A DNA stretch of 64,000 bases from Eledone cirrhosa (Eukaryota). Within the stretch, counting starts at the first letter, position 1. Each line of letters starts with the position of its first letter. Made by a program: the position numbers and the translations under genes. Below are positions 50,720-64,000 of the stretch, one piece after another. The DNA is taken from NCBI GenBank assembly GCA_964016885.1, contig OZ024745.1:77996001-78060000 (forward strand). Reading direction: 5' to 3'. The notes below the pieces were generated by a model. That model was not told the origin of the DNA, ran no database searches, and saw nothing but the letters and a program-made list of their open reading frames with translations.

Positions 50720-50813
50720 GTGTGTGTATGTGTGTTTGTATGTGTGTATATATATATGTGTGTGTGTTTATTAGCCTGTGTTAAATAGGCGAAACTCCAC
50801 ACACATATGTATA

Positions 50814-50854
<41 letters not shown>

Positions 50855-50980
50855 ATTTATATATATATATATATGTGTGTATTTATATATATATATGTGT
50901 GTGTGTGTCTGTATTTATATATATATATGTGTGTGTGTGTGTGTATTTATATGTATATACATATATATGTGTGTGTGTAT

Positions 50981-51030
<50 letters not shown>

Positions 51031-51226
51031 ATGTATCTGTGTGTATATATATATATATATATATAATGTGTGTGTGTGTATATATATATTTTGGGGACAC
51101 CCTGTATGGAAGCGTCTTGTTGAGTCAAACTAAGCCACACGTTAAAACATCCACAACACGGAATACTCTAACTGGACTACCTCTAAGTGGATTACCTATA
51201 ACGATAACTTGTTATCCTAAATATGT

Positions 51227-51282
<56 letters not shown>

Positions 51283-51340
51283 GTGTGTGTGTGTGTATAT
51301 ATTTAGGATAACAAGTTATCGTTGGGGTCTTACTTGTTCC

Positions 51341-51405
<65 letters not shown>

Positions 51406-51630
51406 GTTAAGTGTGAAACAACATTTACAGGCGGCACGCCGTTCGAAACAGTCGATAACTCGATGCTGCTATGAGGTCCGTTTTGTTCGGGTTGTTACGG
51501 CTGTAGCGTGCAGAGTGTAAATAGATTTAAAAGAGACGAAGTCAGTGTTGCAGTATATGTATAAAACTTTATTTGCATACTACAATTGTTTCGATATCAA
51601 TCAGCTCAGGATACAATCAAGGTGAGGCTC

Positions 51631-51719
51631 GCATACCTGATGAGATATCGAAAAAGAGTCCGACACCCTTACCTTGATTGTACCCTGAGCTGATCGATAT
51701 CGAAACAATTGTAATATGC
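51631..51719 (+). ncRNA. Type I hammerhead ribozyme with long stem II, with inverted partial copy at 51564-51627
   Basis: gcatac CTGATGA gatatcga [~42 nt] tcgatatc GAAA caattg TA atatgc; the inverted arm preserves the perfect stem I partner gtatgc. Confidence 0.82.
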
Positions 51720-51791
51720 AAATAAAGTTTGTACATATTTGTTCATATGCTCTACTCTTCTAACTCCCTCCCTCTCTCCCATCTCTCTCTG

Positions 51792-51823
<32 letters not shown>

Positions 51824-51939
51824 CAACGAGGTGTTGCGTTACCATGTCGTCCATAGAAAAATCAGTACCCTTGATTTGGGGGCACACCTCGTATAACAGC
51901 TGGCCCACAACTCAACATATCTAGTCTGGTCTCTCTCTG

Positions 51940-51972
<33 letters not shown>

Positions 51973-53633
51973 TCAGATACGACTAGAGGTAAAGGCCGAA
52001 GGCTCAGTTGTTATCGGCATACGATTTTCATGCTGTAGATTCCAGATAATTGTTTTATTATGTTCTGATATTATTAAGCATATCCTGTACACTGCATGTA
52101 CATGTATATACATGTAACCTATACATTGATCAAAAGTCTTTAATACTGATTAATAAAATAAATTGGTTTAGATAGGGCCTTTCTTTTTTCGGAGGCGGGG
52201 CTTCATTTATTTATTTTTTTTTCGTCTGACATGTGCTTATTATTAGCTTTGAATCGGCTTCTACATATGTAATATATATAATATATATGTTTTATTTTGA
52301 AAAAGAGTTTCTTTTACATATAAAACTTAAAACACGTGTTTTGAAGTTTCGCTATTTTAATTCTCGGATTTTATTATTCTTAGGTAAATTATATATTTTT
52401 AGAGAAAAGTTAACATTATACAATCTCATTCTTTACCCTACAAAGTTATTACAGTCTATGATGTAAGAAGACAATAGATAAGTTACACATCAGAAGGAAG
52501 AGAATGAAACTACAATAGCGTAATAGAATATATGTATATATGTATGTACGTACGTACGTATGTATGTATGTGTGTATGTATGTATGTATTTATGTACAGG
52601 GGCCGTGAAAGCCTGAATTGGGAGTGCGGTATGGGGCATATTTGGTCGATTTAGTTGTAGTGGTTAGTTTAGCTGTTATCAACCAAGATATATAAACATG
52701 TACATAAATTGTAACGCATATAGAAATAAATGTGTTTTAGTTTGGGGAGAAAAATATAATTATTGGGAGGGGTGGATGACTTCTCTGACTCCCTCCCCCA
52801 ATTCCACCGCGTCTAATGTGTGTATGTATGTGTGTATGTATGTGCATGTGTGTGTACATGAATATATGTCTGTATTATGCATGTATGTGTGTGTGTGTTT
52901 ATATATGAAATGCGATATATCAGTTTATATGTTTTTGCTGTTTAGTCCCAAGCCAGCACTAACTGATCACGTAGAGGCTCACTACGATATATGTATAAAT
53001 TTATATGAGTGTTCACGGTCCCCCGCACGTGCCCCCAAAGACACACACTTATATGATGAGGACCCAATGGTGTCCAAAAAGCGATTATCAGTGTTTATCA
53101 TTTTTTTTCAATTTTCAGAGAAATTCGTGATTTCTCACATGTTTACATGCCGACATATTCAATATGTGTATATTGATACACACATTGGTGCAGTCTCGGT
53201 TACCCACCGTGTATGTATACAGATATAACTTTATTGTTCGCATACGTATACATATATTTACATTTGCATTATTTTGATGCAGAGTCCTTAAAAAGCAGAG
53301 AATTTCCTTTCTCTGAAACGTTTCTATTTTTCAAAACCCAGCAAGTAGATGAATGTTTATGTTTCACTGATGAGATCGTAATAAGATTGAACTTATACGC
53401 AGTCGTCTCCCGTAGATGCCAAAATACTTAAAATGATATTAGTCAATAACTATTATTGTTGTATATATATACACATTTTTTTTGGCACCGGATAATTATA
53501 TATAGCATTTTAAAATCATGTCTGTGTCAAATTAAATATGTTAGTAGTAATGTTTTAATGATTCTTTTTATGCCAATGACTTCTCTGAGAAATATTTATA
53601 GTGTATCCAATGAATCAATATATATATGTGCAA

Positions 53634-53849
53634 GGCGGTGGATTGGCAGTATCGGTAGAGAGTCCGACGCCATGCTTTGCAGCAAAGAGTTACGGCCCTT
53701 TATGATCTGAGTTCAAATCGCGCCGAGGTTAACTTTGCCTTTCATCCTCACGGGGTCGATAAAATAAAGTACCAGTCACGCACTGGGGTCGATTTAATCG
53801 ACTTTCCCCTCTCCCAAAATCACTGGCCTTGTGCCTATATAAGAAACCA

Positions 53850-53850
<1 letters not shown>
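53634..53850 (+). mobile_element. tRNA-derived SINE, long-tail form
   Basis: Full consensus plus a ggggtcgatttaatcgactttcccctctcccaaaat segment. Confidence 0.88.
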
Positions 53851-53889
<39 letters not shown>

Positions 53890-53937
53890 ATATATGTATG
53901 TAAATCTATCTCTATATATATACATACATATATACAC

Positions 53938-53973
<36 letters not shown>

Positions 53974-54368
53974 CCCTATTTGGCTGACTCAAGATGCTCA
54001 ACTTGTTAATAAGAGGAAATACAAACATATACTTAATATTTGCTGGTTATAAGCATCAGCATGCTGACCTCGTACATTGGTGAAGCGGTGTTCTCATTAA
54101 AAGTCTGAAACACCTCTCTGACCACCAACCACTCATCTAGCCTTTATCCATGCATTCGCTGAAGGGTAGACTCTTCACTCATTCATTTATTCATTCATAC
54201 AAACATTGGTTTAGTGACATAGCCACACTTCATTTACCCATTCATACATAGCTACAAGATGTAAATATGCTTTACACGTAAAGAAAGAACTATCTGGAAA
54301 AAAGAATTGCTAAAGAAAAATATGTTACTAAAGAATATATACTCTTAAATATCATTTTTTCTTTACTA

Positions 54369-54419
<51 letters not shown>

Positions 54420-54491
54420 CGTGTGAATGTGTGTATGTATGTGTGTATGTATGTGTGTGTGTGTTAGTGTGTGTGTGTCAGTGTCTGTTTA

Positions 54492-54716
54492 GAGCGGTGG
54501 ATGAGCAGAGTCCCTAGAGTGTCAGACAAAATGTGTTGCAGTATTTAGTTACAAACCTTTATAACCTAGCATTTCATATGGAAATCTTGCGGAGCTCAAC
54601 TCTTACATTCACCCTTCTGAGGTCGATAAATTTCAGTACCAATCAAATACTGGGGTCGATATAACCGACTTTCTCTCTTCTCAGCATTGCTGGCCTTGTG
54701 CCTAAATTAGAAATGA
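54492..54716 (+). mobile_element. Older diverged SINE copy
   Basis: gagcggtggatgagcag..gaggtcgataaatttcagtaccaatc..ggccttgtgcctaaattagaaa. Confidence 0.7.
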
Positions 54717-56739
54717 TTAATGTGTGTGTAGATGACAACATCCAGACATTGCTGACTCTGTCTTGAAATGTGTTATAGTGCCATTAGTTGAACCTTGATT
54801 ACTAGCTTTAGTCTTTTGTTATAAATATACCTTATAACATTAGTGTTAACGTGAGACTAATATACTTAATGTGGCAAGCATGATAACTAAGGGATTGTTT
54901 ACAACCCAGCGTAATTCATACTGTTTTACTTATATTTCCCCCCATTCATACACACAACCTAATTTATATTTTTTTCATGTCTTATATTTTAATAGTTGTT
55001 TTATTTTTAACTTTAGTCCCTTGTTGTTGTTGTTGTTTTTGTGTTTCTTCTGTTGTTGTTGTTTGTTGTTGTTGTTTTTTTGTTGTTTTTTTTTTGAGGG
55101 GGGGGGGGTAGAAAGCTGAACTGTGAATGCTCTGGCTATCGAAGGCTTATTTGTTTTTAGTGTTTCTAGCATTCCTTTTTTGTTGTTGCTCTAAACAAGA
55201 TGAAATGACACTACTGTTGGTATGGTAACAGCTAGGTGTTGGGTCGGCGGAAACGTTAGACCAATGGACAAAACAAATTGATTTGTTTATTTAAGTCATT
55301 TTTATGTTTTAGTTCAGGTTTAACTTTCCTTTCCATCTTTTTGAAGTTTGATAAAATAAGTCCCAGTTATATGCTAAAGTCGATGATTCTGATAACAGAC
55401 CTCCCTCAAAATGAATGACGTCTAGCCAATGTCAGAAGTAAGTGAGAGAAATGGTAGAAGGTTGGACAAAATGTCATTAGCTTCGACCCTTTATTTTCTG
55501 AGTTTAAAACCTATGGAAGTCGACATTGTCATTTATCAGTCTAGAGCTGGAGTCCATATATTCGACAGCTCCCTTCGACAAAAATATTATTATTAAAGCA
55601 ATGAGTCACCGATGATTGCGTGTTTGATGTTCCTTTTGTCTTATCCAAGTCTATAACGTACCTTAATTCCCCGTAATTATAGTTTTCAGCCATGTAGGTT
55701 AAAAACCAACGTGTGAAGAGGGTGTGAAGCTATTGTAAGTGAGAGGCGTAAAGTCTTTCAACCAATTATCACCGAATAGGTAGAAATGGAAAAGGATAGA
55801 TATTGCTCACAATGTTTATCCTTCATTTTGGGTGGTAGACTTAATCTGTAGTGCGTTTTAACCAACCACCTAGCAATTCTTTTTGGCAGAATCCACTAAT
55901 GCAAACATTCAGATCACGTTTCCGACCTAAGTTTCGGAGGCCTTGAAAAAGTTATGGGCGTTACTCTTCATCTTCTAATTAAGAAGTAAGATAAAAAATA
56001 TCAATTTCATTAACTTTCCATGATAAACGGTATCCATCAACGAGCGCTCATCTTTGTTAAACATAAATTATTTTGTTGATGATCTTACCAAGGGTATTAG
56101 TGAATAAAAGTCTAATTAATAACTTTGACCGAGAAATGTACCTCGTTCACAAATATTTAGCACGTATATTGTGGCGCTCACTAGTTACACCAAATTATAG
56201 TCGATGATATTTTATGTTTATGCAGGAGGGATGATTATCTGGTGAACAGATTTCTCCGTTATACCTCCACTCCGATATATTATAATACATTCTATTGACA
56301 CATCGAGAAGTGAGTCCTTGCCTGATTGCCAACTTTGCTAGAAAGAGCAGTTAAGTTTACTCAAATCATACCCTACAGTCTTTAAAAAGATGAAATAAAA
56401 AATATCCCGGGCATATTAATTCTAGAAAATTACGAGGGATGGTCATGGATAGAATGTCTTTCATTCTATATCTGCTTGATCGGAGCTTATATTTCGGGGT
56501 GATCATGTTGCCAATGCTGGCAAAAGAAACACTCGCACCATATAATTTTCACTTTATCTTTATCGTTATTCATTTGTTTATCTTGTTTAGAAGTTTAAGT
56601 CCAGGAAAAGGAGGAGGCACAGAACAGATAATCATTGAGGAGGTCACAAAATATGTGACGAAAGGACTTTGATCAACATATGAATAACGAACAATATAAA
56701 GTGGAAATTATATGGCGCATGTGTTTCTTTCTATTGCAA

Positions 56740-57590
56740 TATTGGCAACATGTCCACCCCCTGAAGCCACACTAGCTCTCTGGAAGGTGTTCTTCAGCGA
56801 TGGTGAACACGAGTCTCTTCAACAAAAACCTTACGATGATTTTTTTTCCGCGATAGAGTACAGATATTTTCCCCTTTGATTTTGTACAAGATGATGATGA
56901 CTGCATTGTGGAGATTATGTGGTAGATTGCCCTGCTCCCAGCAACGTACAGAGAGCTCGTGGCGTTTTCACATGTAGCGCTGGGCCCCCATGACTCCAAA
57001 TCTCAGGTTAAATTCCATTGAGACCTGCTGCTTTGTTACTCTTTAACTGCTTTATGGATTTGGTGGTCTCGTCAATGCAGAGCAACTGATCCGGTTCCGC
57101 TTTTACTGGTTGTTGAGGAATGCAGGGAATTATTGATTTTCTGACAGCGTAGTTAGCGCTGAAGAGGGCCCAGAAATGCTCTGACTAAAAGCTTAAAATG
57201 GACGCTTTGTCTGTAAGGAAGGCCACGCCATCAACATTGTACAAAGGACTCTGTACCTGATATGTAGGGCCATACACTTCCTTTAAGCTTAGTAGAAGCC
57301 CCTGATATCTCCAGTTTCTGCGCACATCTGAGTTATCTCAGCGAGGCTGGACTACCACTTGTTCTGGATTTCTTGAAGCTTGCATTGGAAGTTATTGCAT
57401 ACGAGATGGAATGCAGCTTTCTTTTGCAGTCAAGATGGCTGAGCTAAGTGGGCTTCATTGATGTATCTCGTCTTCAACAGCAATTATTGAATTTTCTTGT
57501 TGTTTTCTTCAAAACAGTCTATGTTCTTCTTTGAGGTGAACCCAATGACTTTTCCAGAAAGGAAGTCATCGGATACAACCGAAATGCCTT
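56740..57590 (-). mobile_element. Decayed RTE (BovB-like) LINE ORF2 fragment
   Basis: KLQEIQNKW..ETGDIRGFY..KEVYGP and IPQQPVKAEPDQ..KSIKQLKSNKAAGLNGI*PEIWSHGGPALH. Confidence 0.72.
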
Positions 57591-57794
57591 CGGTCGATTT
57601 ACCACTCACTCAATGCTTTAATTAAGCCAGTATCATTAAGATACTAGCTAAAAGGAAAGTGCACACTTATACGATAAATAGTGTGAAAAACGATTTTGTG
57701 TGGATATATGACATCATTTCTCAAATTCTTCATCAGAACTTTATACCAAGTTAAATCGAATCCTAGTAAATTACAGGTATCAATCTATTATCCC

Positions 57795-57958
57795 TGGCGG
57801 TGGATTGGCTTTGACGCATAGAGTTACGGCCCTTGCCATTCTGAGTTCAAATCCCGCCGAGGTTAACTTTGCCTTTCATCCTTACGGGGTCGATAAAATA
57901 AAGTACCAGTAATACACTGGGTAATTGTTGGCCTTGTGCCAAAAGTAGAAACAATTAT
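57795..57958 (+). mobile_element. tRNA-derived SINE with head deletion and imperfect TSD
   Basis: Consensus core and tail; tctattatccc / tctataatccc flanks. Confidence 0.85.
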
Positions 57959-60884
57959 TCTATAATCCCGTCCCTGATGTGAGGAATGGCAATAACTATT
58001 ATATATTAATCAACAATTAAAATAATTACGTTTTTGCTGAATGTCTTAAAATGAATTCGGTCATTTTCAAATCCCGTTATCACTTTTCCCAAAACGGTAA
58101 CACGAAATGCATTTCTTTCTAAACTAGAAATCAGTAGTCGTTTTTCAATTGATTGTCTAACCCATGTTAGCGTGGAAGATGGACGTTAAATGGTGATGAT
58201 GATGATGATGATGTTCAATTTATGTTTGTGTATAGAAACGTGTGCTTACTGTATTAATGCGTCTCCCGGTTAAATACAACCACGTGGTTCACAGGTGTAT
58301 TTAGCAAGATATCTAACCCGATTGCATCGAGTTAGACACTCACTTGTCATTGTTGGCGTCAGAGATGCATTGAACCAGTATCAGTGATTCGTCAGTTGGA
58401 AACCTGTAACCAACGAGGCTATTGTTTACAAATTAAGATATAAAATAAATACATGAATGACTAAATAAATAAATAAATAAATAAATATGACAAATGCCTA
58501 AGCCCTCTGGCCACGCTTCAGAAAACTGCTCTATACGTAGGAAGCCTCACTGCAGTTGATAAAAGTACTTGTTAGCACCCATTACTTATTCTTTCCAGTA
58601 CTCTATCCGTCTCGGTGGTCCTGTAAATGTTATAGGTGCTTACCTTCCCCCATTTGATTAATCCATAATAAAATGTCTGTGCGCTTCTTGATCTAATGTA
58701 ATTATTTTTCTCTCATCAGGAAATGCTGTTTAGTTGTTACTGTATGGCTGATCGGAGTACTTAGCCGGTATGGTATCAGAGGCCAAGAAACTGTAGAAGG
58801 TGAGTTAAAAACAACTTTTGTACACTTATCATTTACCTATTTGTCAAAGCTATAACAAGATATTGGTCTTTATATATATATATATGCTTGCATGTATGAG
58901 TGAGTAGGTGTATTCATTATACGTGTGTATATATGGATGCTCAATAATTAAGCGTACACATTCACATAATTTATATGTATGTATATATACGTTTCTTTTA
59001 TTTACATACGTATACCAATGCCTATGAATATAAGCAAATGAATCTATTTATGTTTATATCATTTCAACTGTAATGTAACGTTAGATATTCCTTTTAATTA
59101 ACTTAAATATGAGCCTCGCAGTGAAATGTAAAATAAATGCATTTGTACCATGTTCCATATTTCTAAGAGGGATCCATCTGACTAGTTTCAAATCATAGAA
59201 ACTCATTAGAGAAAGAATTGGTAACAGTAGAAATTAGTCATATCATTACTAATAGTTCAGCTTGTGCTATTAACATTTTATATGCTTTTTACTTCGAGCC
59301 TATAAATCTATAATTTTAAATTATATACGACTTACATTACATTTAAAGCTATTAAAAATAATGATTTGCAGTGCACCATGAACGAATTAATTACTTCACG
59401 CCATCAGCACATACATTCTTTTGCACGTTGAACTTGACTCACTATTTTAGTTGAATCCTAGTTTGTCTCCATGGTAAATGGCTATAAGCTACTAATCTCT
59501 TAATGAACAGAGTTTAGATATTCTTTGTAACTTTTGTTAAATAATTATATTTATTAAAAAATGGCATACCATACAGTACATTTTATATTATTCCAAAACG
59601 GCTGTTTAATGCAATCTGGATTATCTAATTTATATTTGTTTACATTTAGAAGTTCGAAAGAAAGTAAGGGAGCAAGGACTAGTGAGATGGCATTTCTGAT
59701 TGTATATTTGTTTGGTAAAAACATAAACAAAATATTTTGTTATATCATAGTATAAATAAAATCACAAAAAGGTTAGATATAGTAACGGTGATCGCATTGT
59801 ATAGCAAAATAATTTCATCTCTACCATGCGCTGGTAATTGAGTTTTTAATCAAATACCTGACCACCCTTAGTTTAATGGTAGTAAAACAAACTATTTAGT
59901 GAAATAATTAGAAACATAGTGAACTAGTTGACAGTAAAAGCGTAGATGGAATGACACCTGACTATCACACCCTAATTCTTTAATTCACTCTGAGGTAAAA
60001 CTGTGCCTGCAAAAACTTATACATGGTTGCTTTCCAAGACACATGCAATAGCATACTAATAATCTACTTTAAATTAAGCGTGTTCGAATCGCAATACCTT
60101 TTACTGATATACCACACTTCTATATACACATATATACACACAAAATACATTCTAAGGTTAGTTAAAGGAGAAAGGAGAAATGTTCTTCACCTCTAGAGAC
60201 ACGCAAGATTGATGAGATCTATGCGGTAGATATTTATTTGGATGTCTAAAAGCTTCACGTCTACCGAACAAAATGTAGGCGGAGAAAAATGTGAAAGAAT
60301 TGCATTCAGGAAAGGAATGTTAGTAGTGGATTTAGGAGATGAATACAATAGAGGTATGGTGGAAATGTTGAATGCGGTGCTAGGTTAGCCTGGATAGACA
60401 ATACATAATTAGTTCAGGGAAGCATAGACCCATTTAGTATTGGGAAATGTATCAGGTATAAGAAATGAAGTTTGTTAGTATGTATTTATTAGTGGGAGAG
60501 TCTTTGACAATCAACCGAATGTTATTTTATTTTATCTTTAGAATGCACTACCAATGGATTAGGGCTAAAATATGTTCTGTCTTTAAAGACGAAGCCTAGG
60601 TTTTTTTGTGATGCAATTTTGGCAATGATATATATATTTGAAGGATAACAATGAGAAATCACCAGAAATTTGTAATAGCTTCCTTGATATCTGTAGAAAA
60701 GATGACCCAGCCCCCATTAAACAGTGATGACCCGGCTTCCATTAAAAGATGGCCCCGCCTGCATTAAAAGTTGTTTACAATTTATCTGTTCATGAAATCA
60801 GTGCTTTTCAATGTAACGTCAAATCAGTGCTGTTCATGAAATCATGAGCTGTCTGTGATATATGTGTGCAGGGATTAAGGAGGC

Positions 60885-61090
60885 GTGAAGGGCAGTATCA
60901 TCTGCATCTGAAAATTGTTAAAAGTAATAGAATTTAAGTTCTTAATGTACAGACGAAAGAGTGGCAGAGAGATTACTAAACCTTGGAATACACCAAAATT
61001 GAGAATGCTGGTAAAAGAGATCCAATAGACGTTTCAACGTATCAAATGTTCATATCAGACACAGTATCTGACCTGGATGAGCGGCTCCTC
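60885..61090 (-). mobile_element. Decayed CR1/L2/Jockey-type RT fragment
   Basis: NFGVFQGLVISLPLFRLYIKNL...ADDTA resembles GVPQGSVLSPxLFxLYINDL..YADDT. Confidence 0.5.
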
Positions 61091-62819
61091 TTTCACCAAT
61101 GACTCAGTATTGTGTTCACGCAAATTACTTCATGCTCTATATCCCTGATGTCGAAGATGTACTTTGTTTATTTAAAATACGTGTGCTTTGTAAATGTTAC
61201 GTCATCTCAGCGTATTTAGCTCAAGTCCGCATAAATCTATATATTTATATGAAGACTGTAGAGCGTCAATTTTTTTTTTTTATGTAACGTCAAAGTCTTT
61301 AATTCGTCAATTTCTTCAAACCAGTTGACTATGAGACTCGTTGTTTCTACATTATATTCCTTGCTACTACCTAACTGCACCTAACTAAAGCCCAGAACTT
61401 AGTAAGGAAACAGTTGCAATATTTGACTTGGGCGAATGCAGATATTTAGAATAATTGTCTATATTAGATATTTTTGCATGTTTTTTTTTTAATGAGAAAG
61501 CAACGGCGGGTCTGGCAACGATTGTGTTTTCGAAGAAATTATTTTCAGCAAGCACATTCATTGGCACTTAATATAGTAAGTGGCTGCGTGTATATGTATA
61601 TATATTTGATTGGGTGTGTTCACGTGTCTGTGGTTGTATTTCTGTCTGGCTCTCAAACGGAATTTATAAATATACTCTCTCATTCAGTTTTATTTATTTC
61701 CGCAAAATGTGGGTTTTGTGGATTTTTTTTTTTTTTTTTTAATTTTTTTTTTTTTAAAGTTGTCGTATAGCTCCGCCTCACATCGGAAGGCCAGAAAATC
61801 TCTGGTTCACGTGACTTTCTGCACAGTTCATAATAGTGTCAAGTATCTAACAGGGATGGCAACAGCGACAACAATGAAAACAACGGGAACTACGACATCA
61901 ACAACAACAATGAAGCAATAAACAACAACAAAGCAATAATATAGAATATATAAAAAGTGGATAATGAAAATAAAAACTATGTTTATATGGGTACAAATCT
62001 TATGATTTATAAAGAAAAGGAAATGGGAGGGTGTGATGTTTTTCCCAGGGAAATCATATATTGGTTATTGCAGTAACACAATCAAGAAGGAAAATAACGA
62101 CAATAAATACAATAACAATAACTATAACTATTTCACACACAATAAACACGCTTCATATTTTGATGAGAAAGAAAAATGAGATTTGTGGAATTAGTGGCTT
62201 ACTTTAAGTGGCTTCAATATAGACTCGAAAGCGTCTTGTTGATCCGGACTTCGTGAAACTTCTGAACAGATTCTCTCTCTTACCATCCTCCGGAGAAATG
62301 CCTTCTCCGTTCAGTCCTCCGGGGCCGTGAGTGGGGCGGCCAGCAGGCAGCACCCCATTTGCTCATAATAGAGAGAGATGGGGGGGGGGAGGTGATGACA
62401 ATGGGAGTTCGGCTCTTCTGTGTTCGGACCTGGTGTGCAGCGTCAGTTGTCCGTAAGGAGGTAGTGATTCATAATTACTTATAATTAGTCTCATTTTTTC
62501 CTCGGATACCAGATATCTACCAGCAGACAATGCTAATAAGAATGATGGTTAGTACTGTTATCTTCATCAAGATCACCACCAGCCCCAGCACTACCACCAC
62601 CTTTCGTCTTCTTTACGTTCTGAGTTCAAAAGACGAAGGAATTAAATTTGCTTGTCATTCTTAAATACAAGCTTACATCAAATAGACTATAAGCTCCGCA
62701 AAATTGGTCAACTCCTTTAATGTTCGAAATCCTTATGACCACCTACCGGTGTCTATATAATAAGTACCAGTCAACTATTAAATCTATGGCCTCGTGCCAG
62801 TATTATATACCATTATTCG

Positions 62820-63005
62820 TGTGGATTGGCAGTATCGGTAGAGGGTCGAACGCCATGCTTTCCAGCATAGTTATGTCCCTTTACGATATGAGTTCAAATC
62901 CCGCCGAGGTTGACTTTGCCTTTCATCCTTACGGGGTCGATAAAATAAAGTACCAGTAATGCACTGGTAATTGCTGGCCTTGTGCCTAAAGTAGAAACAA
63001 TTATT
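62820..63005 (+). mobile_element. tRNA-derived SINE
   Basis: Near-identical to 39836-40028. Confidence 0.88.
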
Positions 63006-64000
63006 ATAGAAAATACGACGCTGCGTGTATTTTTGTTCCAGCTCAGCGATTTCTTTGTAGCAGTTTGTTGGATGAAGTTTTAAAATAACATGAGGTTTGT
63101 TTAGAGAGTTCTGTTAACTACATACTCTCCAGCAAACACATCGTAGACTACTCTCTTCACGTCCACACCGGTATTTTACAGCTATATTTATTTCTGCTTC
63201 TTTTGAATGATTAATAGATCGAATTATTTCTTGAGGAAGTACATGTGATTTTCTTGTGAATATTTTCATTCTTCATATAGTAGATTTCTTCACTTTTAAA
63301 ATTAAAAACAATTATGCGCGCACACACACACATTCTCTCTTTCTTTTTTTCCCTCTCTCTCTATCTCCATCTCTATTTCGCTCCATCTCTCCTCTCCCTC
63401 TCTATCGTTCTTACACACATGTGGCAGCATGAATGAAGGAATAAATAGGTAGGAATGTACTCAGAAGTACACGCGCGCACACAAAGCCTGTATGTGTGTG
63501 AAGGGGCATAAAAGTAGCATTATATAACATTCATAAAATGGAAAGATATTAAGCGTACGTACTTTGGATGCCTTTGTATGGAAGTAATTCCTAGCCAACA
63601 TTAAACTGATAGAATTTCTATTCCTGTCATATGAGTTGCCAGATAAGTGGTTGAAAATTTAATATTTGTGGAGGCTGGGGAGTGGCGATGTGTGCTGTTT
63701 TTTTAGTAAGAATGGTGGCATGCTTTCTTGGCATGTTTTGGACGTTTTAATATTTTGCACTCATTACATGTTTCGCTATAGGCTTTCAGATGTTATGGTA
63801 GAGAAAGAGAATAAAAAATAAATACCAATGCCTTGAGCGAATTTGGCTAAATTTTCATCTGTAGACAAGCTTTCTACAAGTCCAGAAAAAAAACAAGAGA
63901 AAGAATGCTACACACATTTAAGTCGTCTGAGCACTGTGCTTCGTATATTGAGAATTCCGCACAGCTTCCTGTGTAACGTAGAAGTCTTCAATCAATAGTC

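Noticed and set aside
50507-50802. HHR in the inverted repeat 50507-50619 and at 50764-50802 (gcctgt..acaggc GAAAC)
   Set aside because: Stem II and GAAAC are present, but the CTGAnGA box reads TTTATTA and stem III is missing; at best a dead derivative.
52698-53228. 176-aa ORF
   Set aside because: It spans a MITE remnant and (TG/TATG)n repeats; no domain or splice support.

Overview
AT-rich, microsatellite-dense animal genomic DNA, most likely a coleoid cephalopod such as Octopus (inferred from the SINE family and the (TA)n/(CA)n/(GATA)n load). It is almost entirely repeat-derived, with no confident host coding exon and one candidate first exon near 49.95 kb. It contains two Penelope-like retroelements (PLEs; RT + C-terminal GIY-YIG, Naiad/Neptune-like), a near full-length decayed L1/Tx1 LINE plus a 3' fragment sitting in (GATA)n, RTE/CRE/CR1-type fragments, about 10 tRNA-derived SINEs, a 17-bp satellite and a 140-bp minisatellite. 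The main result is about 18 type I hammerhead ribozyme (HHR) motifs read by eye. They lie in the PLE pseudo-LTRs and in several distinct non-coding 0.2-0.65 kb elements. These elements sit in (TA)n tracts, occur as terminally redundant and circularly permuted monomers, often form head-to-head palindromes, swap modules, and in one case are fused directly to a PLE 5' end. This looks like a PLE-driven retrozyme/circular-RNA system. All alignments and folds were done by eye, so coordinates may be off by a few bases.
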